Of a stretch of 30,602 nt of DNA, positions 24,329-30,602 are shown piece after piece. Numbering within the stretch: the stretch's first letter is position 1; each line of letters opens with the position of its first letter. A program made the position numbers and the translations under genes. Location of the stretch: positions 1-30,602 of the forward strand of contig JBBQEB010000025.1 of NCBI GenBank assembly GCA_038320275.1, written 5' to 3'. The notes beneath the pieces were generated by a model, which saw nothing but the letters and a program-made list of their open reading frames with translations, was not told the origin of the DNA and ran no database searches. The DNA is from Myxococcales bacterium (GTDB lineage Bacteria > Myxococcota > Myxococcia > Myxococcales > Anaeromyxobacteraceae).

Positions 24329-25437
24329 CGAGCCTCCTCGCCGCCCTCCTCCTGGCGCTCGCCGCGCCCCAGCACGCTGAGCCCGCCTCGCCCGCGGTGG
24401 ACACCGCGCCGCACGGCGCGCCGGGCGTATCCAGGGGTGCCGAGGGACACCCGGTGAAGGGCCACGCCCCGGCCGGCCTGGAGCAGGAGCTCCGGACGAT
24501 GGAGTCGGAGGGGAGCGGCGAGCACGAGGAGACCCTCGCCGGCGCGCTCCTGAGCCACGTGTCCGACGGCTATCTCCTCGAGTATCCCGGGGTGTGCCAC
24601 GGGGGGTTCCAGTGGAACTGCGAGACGAACCTGAAGCACGTCTTCGGCAGCGCGCTCGTCTTCGGCCGCCTCGACATGACGCCCACCAAGCACACCCTCG
24701 CGCTCTGGCTCGCCTCGGTCCTGCTCGTCGCCCTGTTCCTCCTGGCGGGCCGGAAGCGCGCCCTCGTCCCGCGCGGCCTCTACAACTTCCTCGAGCTCCT
24801 GGTGCAGTTCGTCCGGGACGAGATCGCGGTGAAGAACATCGGCGCCGAGGACGCGGCCCGCTTCACGCCCTTCCTCTGCACCGCTTTCTTCTTCATCCTC
24901 ATCGTGAACCTGCTCGGCCTCCTGCCGTGGTCGGCCACCGCGACCGCCAACATCAGCGTCACGCTGGTGCTCGCGGTCTTCACGTTCCTCGCCACGCAGT
25001 GGGCCGCCATCCGCTCGCAGGGGGTGAGCGGCTACCTCGCGCACCTCACCGGCGGCGTCCACTGGGGTCTTTGGGTCATCATGGTTCCGGTGGAGGTGCT
25101 AGGGCTCTTCACGAAGCCCTTCGCCCTCACCATCCGGCTCTTCGCGAACATGCTCGCGGGCCACTTCGTCATCCTCTCCCTGCTCGGGCTCATCGTCGTG
25201 CTGAAGTCGCCGCTCATTGCGCTCGGCTCGGTGCCGATGGCGCTCGCCATCTTCATGCTCGAGCTCTTCGTGGCCTTCGTGCAGGCCTACATCTTCACCA
25301 TGCTCTCCTCGCTCTTCATCGGTCAGGGGCTCACGCACCATGGCCACGACGAGGAGGGGCACGGCCACGCCGCGCCCGGCATGGGCTCGGTCGATCACGG
25401 TTCTCACGTGGCCGGGAAGGCTCCCGGCCATGGGTAG
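24325..25437 (+). CDS. atpB: ATP synthase F0 subunit a
   Basis: [16 protein letters not shown], essential Arg in [12 protein letters not shown], and [15 protein letters not shown]. Confidence 0.97.
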   Translation: MTSLLAALLLALAAPQHAEPASPAVDTAPHGAPGVSRGAEGHPVKGHAPAGLEQELRTMESEGSGEHEETLAGALLSHVSDGYLLEYPGVCHGGFQWNCETNLKHVFGSALVFGRLDMTPTKHTLALWLASVLLVALFLLAGRKRALVPRGLYNFLELLVQFVRDEIAVKNIGAEDAARFTPFLCTAFFFILIVNLLGLLPWSATATANISVTLVLAVFTFLATQWAAIRSQGVSGYLAHLTGGVHWGLWVIMVPVEVLGLFTKPFALTIRLFANMLAGHFVILSLLGLIVVLKSPLIALGSVPMALAIFMLELFVAFVQAYIFTMLSSLFIGQGLTHHGHDEEGHGHAAPGMGSVDHGSHVAGKAPGHG

Positions 25438-25509
25438 TCGAGCGCGGTACGCGCCACGGGTGGCGGCCCGTTCCTCCCGCCGTCGCAGTCCTCTCGAAAG
25501 GCAACGCCC

Positions 25510-25743
25510 ATGAGCTCCGTCGCACTCGCCTTCCTCTCCGCCGGCTTCGGCGCCGGCCTCGCCGTCATCGGGGCCGGCATCGGCATCGGCCGCCTCGCCG
25601 CCGCCGCCATGGAAGGCTCCGCCCGCCAGCCCACCGCCACCGGCGACATCCGCACCTCGATGATCATCGCGGCCGCCCTCATCGAGGGCGTGACGCTGTT
25701 TGCCATCGTGGTCTGCATGATGCTCGCGCTGAAGACCGCCTGA
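25510..25743 (+). CDS. atpE: ATP synthase F0 subunit c (H+-type)
   Basis: GAGIGIG, loop ARQP and carboxylate in ALIEGV. It lacks the Q...E-S/T signature of Na+-binding c subunits. Confidence 0.97.
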   Translation: MSSVALAFLSAGFGAGLAVIGAGIGIGRLAAAAMEGSARQPTATGDIRTSMIIAAALIEGVTLFAIVVCMMLALKTA

Positions 25744-25751
25744 GTCGCCCG

Positions 25752-25777
25752 GGAGGGCGCCTTCGCGGGCGCCCTCC
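25752..25777 (+). other. intercistronic stem-loop after atpE
   Basis: GGAGGGCGCC-TTCGCG-GGCGCCCTCC, a perfect 10-bp stem with no U-tract. Confidence 0.7.
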
Positions 25778-25800
25778 ATCCCTCCCTTCCGGAGACGCCC

Positions 25801-26340
25801 ATGAACCCCTTCGCGCTCCAGCCGGCCCTCGCCGCCGGCATCATGGACCTGAACCCCGGCCTCTCTCTCTGGACGGCCATCACCTTCCTCGTCCTGCTGG
25901 TGGTCCTCCAGCGGTTCGCCTGGGGCCCCATCGTCAAGATGCTGGGCGACCGCGAGCACAGCATCCGCGACGCCATCGACTCGGCCAAGCGCGAGCGCGC
26001 CGAGGCGGAGCGCATGCTCGCCGAGCAGAAGGCGTCGCTCGCCACCGCCCAGCGCGAGGCCGCCGAGCTGGCCCAGCGCTCACGTCAGGACGTCGAGATC
26101 CTGCGCGGGGAGCTCACCGGGCGCGCGCGCAAGGAGGCGGACGACCTCGTGGTGCAGGCGCGCAAGCAGATCCAGGAGGAGAAGGCCAAGGTGCTGGTGG
26201 AGCTGCGCGCGCAGGTGGCCGACCTCGCCATCGACGCAGCCAGGCGCCTCATCCAGTCCTCCCTCGACGAGAAGAGCCAGCGCGCCCTGGTCGAGGAGTA
26301 CATCGCACAGCTCCCGGCCGAGAAGGCCAAGGCCAACTAA
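25801..26340 (+). CDS. atpF: ATP synthase F0 subunit b
   Basis: N-terminal TM helix (PGLSLWTAITFLVLLVVLQRFAWGPI), then R..SI and a long coiled coil. Confidence 0.95.
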   Translation: MNPFALQPALAAGIMDLNPGLSLWTAITFLVLLVVLQRFAWGPIVKMLGDREHSIRDAIDSAKRERAEAERMLAEQKASLATAQREAAELAQRSRQDVEILRGELTGRARKEADDLVVQARKQIQEEKAKVLVELRAQVADLAIDAARRLIQSSLDEKSQRALVEEYIAQLPAEKAKAN

Positions 26341-26422
26341 CGAGCCGACGCGGTGTCGATCTTCCCGGCTCCGGTGGGCTTGGCGCCTGCCGGGGCCTCG
26401 TCGTCTGTGGAGGGCGTTCTCA

Positions 26423-27535
26423 ATGGCGCTGGGCATCGGAATCGTCGGCCTCCCCAACGTGGGCAAGTCGACTCTCTTCAACGCGCTCTCCGGCTCGGCC
26501 AAGGCGCAGGCCGCCAACTATCCCTTCTGCACCATCGACCCGAACGTCGGGATCGTGCCGGTGCCGGACGAGCGGCTGGCAAGGCTCGCGGAGCTGTTCA
26601 AGCCCAAGAAGACCACCCCCACCACCCTCGAGTTCGTGGACATCGCCGGGCTGGTGGCTGGCGCCTCCAAGGGCGAGGGCCTGGGTAACCAGTTCCTGTC
26701 GCACATCCGTCAAGTGGATGCGATCGCGCACGTGCTCCGCTGCTTCGACGATCCCGACGTCGTGCACGTCGCAGGGGCGGTAGACCCGCGCGGCGACCGC
26801 GACGTGGTCGAGACCGAGCTCATGCTGAAGGATCTCGAGTCGGTGGAGAAGCGGCGGGAGCGCGCGCAGAAGGGGACCAAGTCGGCGGGGAAGCCGGGCG
26901 AGCTCGCCCGGGCCGAGCTGGCGGTGCTCGATCGGGTGAAGGCAGGGCTCGACGCCGGCGTGCCGGTCCGGACCCAGAAGCTCACCGAGGACGATCGCGC
27001 GGTGCTGGGCGACCTCTTCCTCCTCACCGCGAAACCGGTCATCTACATCGCCAACGTGGACGAGGCGCAGGTGGCGAGCCCAGGCGGCGACGCGCGCGTC
27101 CAGGCGGTGCATGCGCTGGCGAAGGAGGAGGGCGCGGAGTCGGTGGTGCTGTGCGGCAAGGTCGAGGCGGAGATCGCCGAGCTGGAGGCCGCCGAGCGCG
27201 CCGAGTTCCTCCAGGGGCTCGGGCTCGCCGAGCCGGGCCTCGACCGGCTCGTCCATGCCGGCTACCGCGAGCTCGGGCTCCTCACCTTCCTGACCGCGGG
27301 CGAGGACGAGTGCCGCGCCTGGACCGTGCGCAAGGGCTCGCGCGCGCCGCAGGCGGCGGGCGTCATCCACACCGATTTCGAGAAGGGGTTCATCAAGGCG
27401 GAGGTGATGCGGGTGGACGAGCTGCTCGCGCTCGGCAGCGAGTCGGCCGTCCGCGAGAAGGGGCTCATGCGCATCGAGGGCAAGGAGTACGTCGTCCAGG
27501 ACGGCGACGTGATGCACTTCAGATTCAACGTGTGA
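26423..27535 (+). CDS. ychF: redox-regulated ATPase YchF (Obg family)
   Basis: GLPNVGKST, ANYPFCTIDPN, DIAGLV, NVDE and TGS domain ending VQDGDVMHFRFNV. Confidence 0.98.
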   Translation: MALGIGIVGLPNVGKSTLFNALSGSAKAQAANYPFCTIDPNVGIVPVPDERLARLAELFKPKKTTPTTLEFVDIAGLVAGASKGEGLGNQFLSHIRQVDAIAHVLRCFDDPDVVHVAGAVDPRGDRDVVETELMLKDLESVEKRRERAQKGTKSAGKPGELARAELAVLDRVKAGLDAGVPVRTQKLTEDDRAVLGDLFLLTAKPVIYIANVDEAQVASPGGDARVQAVHALAKEEGAESVVLCGKVEAEIAELEAAERAEFLQGLGLAEPGLDRLVHAGYRELGLLTFLTAGEDECRAWTVRKGSRAPQAAGVIHTDFEKGFIKAEVMRVDELLALGSESAVREKGLMRIEGKEYVVQDGDVMHFRFNV

Positions 27536-27576
27536 CGGGCCATGCTGGCCCGTCCCGTCGAGCGCAGCTCGACGGG
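27534..27576. repeat. tandem triloop hairpins between convergent ychF and pdxA
   Basis: GACGGGCCA-TGC-TGGCCCGTC (27534-27554) and CCCGTCGAGC-GCA-GCTCGACGGG (27554-27576). Confidence 0.65.
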
Positions 27577-27611
27577 GACCCCACCCATGCTGCGTGGGTC
27601 CGTGCGGCGCG

Positions 27612-28676
27612 CTACGCGCGCCCGCCCCACGGGGAGGGACTTGGCGTCCCTCCGCGCCTTCGGCGGGGCTCCTCCCTCGTCTTGGTCATCCGCGGCCGGG
27701 CCAGCTCCGCGGCGAGGCGCAGCGCGGCCACCATGCTGGCAGGGCTGGCCCGGTCCCTTCCGGCGAGGTCGTACGCCACGCCGTGATCGGGACTGGTGCG
27801 GACGATGGGGAGGCCCAGCGTCACGTTCACAGCCGGCTGCTTCGAGAGCCCGTCGAGGAGCTTCACCGGGATGAGCCCCTGGTCGTGATAGAGGGCGATC
27901 ACCGCGTCGAACGCCCCGGCGACCGCCTTGGCGAAGATACTGTCGGCCGGCCAGGGCCCGCTCGCGGCGATGCCCAGCCGCCGCGCCCGGGCGATCGCCG
28001 GGGCGACCGTGCGCCCCTCCTCGTCGCCGAAGGCGCCGCCCTCCCCCGCGTGCGGATTCAGCGCGCAGACCGCCAGGCGGGGCCGCGCGATGCCGAAGTC
28101 GTTGCGCAGCGCCGTGTGCGTCACCCGCAGGGTGGCGAGTATCCCGGCGGCGGTGACCTGCGCCGGAACCGAAGCGAGCTGCAGGTGGTTCGTCACCAGC
28201 GCGACCCGCAAGCGCGGTCCGGCCAGCATCATCACCGAGCGCTCGGCTCCGGTGCGCGCCTCGAGCCATTCGGTGTGGCCCACGAACCCGGGCAGCGCGA
28301 GCGCCACCTGCGCCTTGGAGACCGGCGCAGTGCAGAGCGCCGCGCAGGACCCGGCCAGCACGGCCTCGAGCGCCGCCTCGAGAGAGGCGAGCTGTGCAGC
28401 CCCACCCTCCAGCGCCGGCTTCCCCGGCCTGCGCGCGCGGGCTGGGAGACGCGTGACGGCGACGACCGCTCCGCGCGGCGGCAGCGGCTCCCCGGGGTGG
28501 ACGACAGGCAGCGTCACGCCAGCCTGTCCCAGCGCCGCCGCGAGGAGCGGGCCATCGCCGAACAGGTAGGGCACCACCGCGCCGCGCAGGGCGGCGACGG
28601 CGCGGGCGGTGACCTCCGGGCCGATGCCCGAGGGATCGCCCATGCTGATGGCGATGGGGACGGATGAGCTCTTCAT
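27612..28676 (-). CDS. pdxA: 4-hydroxythreonine-4-phosphate dehydrogenase
   Basis: GDPSGIGPE, GHTEWL, LNPHAGE, YHDQGLIP and RTSPDHG. Canonical surA-pdxA order. Confidence 0.95.
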   Translation of the reverse strand: MKSSSVPIAISMGDPSGIGPEVTARAVAALRGAVVPYLFGDGPLLAAALGQAGVTLPVVHPGEPLPPRGAVVAVTRLPARARRPGKPALEGGAAQLASLEAALEAVLAGSCAALCTAPVSKAQVALALPGFVGHTEWLEARTGAERSVMMLAGPRLRVALVTNHLQLASVPAQVTAAGILATLRVTHTALRNDFGIARPRLAVCALNPHAGEGGAFGDEEGRTVAPAIARARRLGIAASGPWPADSIFAKAVAGAFDAVIALYHDQGLIPVKLLDGLSKQPAVNVTLGLPIVRTSPDHGVAYDLAGRDRASPASMVAALRLAAELARPRMTKTREEPRRRRGGTPSPSPWGGRA

Positions 28677-28730
28677 GCAGGAGTCCTCCCACTGCGGGCG
28701 CGGGCGCCGCGGCGACGGGCGAGCCGAAGG

Positions 28731-29732
28731 TCAGTCGCGCAGCTCGGGAATCCTGACGTCGATCACCGCGTCCTTGCGCAGCTCGGCGATGAATCCCTCG
28801 CGGTAGGAGTCGACCTGCTCCTGTACCAGGCGGTTGCGGATGTCCTCCTTCACGGAGTCGAGCGGCTTCAGGCTCCCGCCGCGCCGCTCCTCCACCTGCA
28901 GGATTTGGAAGCCCGCCCGCGCCTGGACCGGCGCGCTCACCTGCCCCGCGGCGAGCGCGAAGGCGGCCTTCTCGATGTCCGGCTGCACCGTCCCGCGCTG
29001 CAGCCATCCCAGCTCGCCCCCCTCGCGCGCGCTCGGCCCGTCCGACACCTCGCGCGCGACCTTGGCGAAGTCCTCGCCCGCCCGCAGCCGCGCCGCGATC
29101 TTCTCGGCGCGCGCGTGCGCCGCGGAGGTCTGGGCCGCGGAAGCGCCCTCCGGCAGGGCGACGAGGATGTGGCGTACCCGCACCTCGTCGGAGGCCGCGA
29201 ACTCGCGCGGATGCGTCTGCCAGTAGTTCTTCACGTCGTCGTCGGTCACCTTCACCCGGCTGCCCACCTTCACCCCCATGATGTGGGCGGTCTGGAGGTC
29301 GTGGCGCACCGCCTTCCGGTAGGCCACCCGGTCCATGCCCTGCGCGGCGAGCGCCTCGTCGAGGCGCGCGTCGTCGAGGTTGTTGCGCCGCTTGATCTCG
29401 TCGATGCTCTGGTCCACCTCGGCGTCGGTGACCTCGATGCCCAGGGCGGCGGCCTGCCCCTCGAAGAGCCGCTCCGCCACCAGCGCGTCGAAGGCCGTCT
29501 TGAGCGCGCGGGTGCGCGCCTTTTCCCTGGCAGGCCCGGCCGCCTGTGCGTCCGCGCGCTGCAGCTCGGGGCCGGCGCGCTCCGCGAGATCGAGGAGCGT
29601 CACCACCTCGCCGTTCACGGTCGCGGCGACGCGATCGACCACGCGCCCGCGCGGCTGCGCGGCGCCGGTGAGCGCCGGGGTTGCGGGCGCCACCGCGAGG
29701 GCAGTGGAGAGGGCGAGCGCGAGGAGGATCAT
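28731..29732 (-). CDS. surA: SurA-like periplasmic chaperone / parvulin PPIase
   Basis: Signal peptide, VDRVAATVNGEVVT, and one parvulin domain (VRHILV, FAKVAREVS, GGELGW, GFQILQV). Confidence 0.85.
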   Translation of the reverse strand: MILLALALSTALAVAPATPALTGAAQPRGRVVDRVAATVNGEVVTLLDLAERAGPELQRADAQAAGPAREKARTRALKTAFDALVAERLFEGQAAALGIEVTDAEVDQSIDEIKRRNNLDDARLDEALAAQGMDRVAYRKAVRHDLQTAHIMGVKVGSRVKVTDDDVKNYWQTHPREFAASDEVRVRHILVALPEGASAAQTSAAHARAEKIAARLRAGEDFAKVAREVSDGPSAREGGELGWLQRGTVQPDIEKAAFALAAGQVSAPVQARAGFQILQVEERRGGSLKPLDSVKEDIRNRLVQEQVDSYREGFIAELRKDAVIDVRIPELRD

Positions 29733-29749
29733 GCGGGACTTCTTACCTT

Positions 29750-30602
29750 TCAGGGGGCGAGCCGCGCTAGCGCGGCCTCATCCACGGTGAGGGTGGCTCT
29801 CGCGCGAAGCGCGGCGAGGTGCTCGCTCTGCGCCCGAGCGCGCTTCTCCCGGAGCAGGCGCTCGGTGATCGTGGAGCGCACCTCGGCGAGCGGAGGAAGG
29901 CCGGCCGGCCGCCGCCCCACCACCTGGAACACGTGGAACCCGAAGGGCGACTGCACCACCTCCGACACCGCGTTCACGGAGAGCGAGAAGCACACCCCGA
30001 AGGCCTCCGGCATGCCGGAGCCCTTCCCGAACCAGCCCAGGTCGCCCCCTCGCGCGGCCTCCGGACCGATCGACGCGCGCCGCGCCACCTCCGCGAAGGC
30101 CCCTGGCTTCCGCCGCGCCTCCGCGCGCAGCTTGGCCGCCTCCGCGCGCGAGCGAGTCACGATCTGGCGCACGTGCACCTCCGCGGGCCGCTCGAGCTCG
30201 CCCGCGTGAGCCCGGTACCAGCCCTCCACCTCGCCGTCGGACACCTTCACTCCAGGGAACACCTGCGTCGCGAACAGCTTCTCCACCGTGAGCCGCTCGC
30301 GGGTTCGCGCGGCCAGCTCCTCGGGGGACAGCCCCTCCTCGCGCAGCGCGTCGCCCAGGCCGTCCCCCGGGTACTCCCCCCGGAGCGCGGACGTCGCGCG
30401 CTCCACCTCGGCGTCGCTCACCTCCACCGCCCGCGCGCGCGCGTCCTGCAGGAGGAGCAGCCGGTCGACCGCGTCGTCGAGGAGCCGCCTGCGCAGCGCG
30501 CCGTCCGGCGCACCTGTGTCGGCGGGCGCGACGCGGGACAGCTCCGCCCGGTGCGCCTCGGCCGTGATCGACTCACCGTTCACCTCCGCCAGGCCGCGGG
30601 GC
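29750..30602 (-). CDS. second PpiC-type (parvulin) foldase, 5' end outside the window
   Basis: The frame stays open to the window edge (PRGLAEVNGE...). Motifs VHVRQIV, GGDLGWF and SPFGFHVF. Confidence 0.85.
   Translation of the reverse strand, partial: PRGLAEVNGESITAEAHRAELSRVAPADTGAPDGALRRRLLDDAVDRLLLLQDARARAVEVSDAEVERATSALRGEYPGDGLGDALREEGLSPEELAARTRERLTVEKLFATQVFPGVKVSDGEVEGWYRAHAGELERPAEVHVRQIVTRSRAEAAKLRAEARRKPGAFAEVARRASIGPEAARGGDLGWFGKGSGMPEAFGVCFSLSVNAVSEVVQSPFGFHVFQVVGRRPAGLPPLAEVRSTITERLLREKRARAQSEHLAALRARATLTVDEAALARLAP

Noticed and set aside
25510..25743. Na+-translocating or N-type ATPase
   Set aside because: Subunit c lacks the Na+ ligand signature, and the gene order is not the atpDCQRBEFAG order of N-ATPases.
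24594..26783. 729-aa plus-strand ORF and similar Arg/Pro/Gly-rich alternative-frame ORFs throughout the window
   Set aside because: These are off-frame readings of well-supported genes, with composition typical of GC-rich non-coding frames.
29925..29940. parS-like TGGAACACGTGGAACC inside the PPIase gene
   Set aside because: Only the right half matches. The left arm has three mismatches, and the sequence is explained by the GFHVFQ codons.

Overview
This is a very GC-rich (roughly 70% by eye, not computed) bacterial chromosomal origin region, most consistent with Myxococcota (Anaeromyxobacter-like) from gene order, the parS variant and the bactofilin after parB. It is almost entirely housekeeping. 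Left arm (- strand): dnaA-[oriC]-dnaN-recF-gyrB. Right arm (+ strand): rpmH-rnpA-yidD-yidC-jag-rsmG-[2 parS]-parA-parB-bactofilin, a convergent hsp20, the F1 operon atpHAGDC plus an unknown lipoprotein, gyrA, hemL, the F0 operon atpZ/I-atpI-atpB-atpE-atpF and ychF. Convergent with these are pdxA, surA and a second PPIase (partial). I see no transposase, phage, CRISPR, tRNA or rRNA, and I cannot support a wholly new multi-gene system. The best second looks are: (1) an oriC with a basal-unwinding layout but only degenerate DnaA boxes and trios, next to a DnaA with altered recognition residues; (2) a structured GCA-triloop repeat family after both gyrase genes, with one cluster forming the hemL leader; (3) a split, possibly chimeric ATP synthase whose a-subunit has a signal peptide, a Cys pair and a His-rich tail; (4) an uncharacterised lipoprotein closely following atpC; (5) a bactofilin with two apparent start sites.
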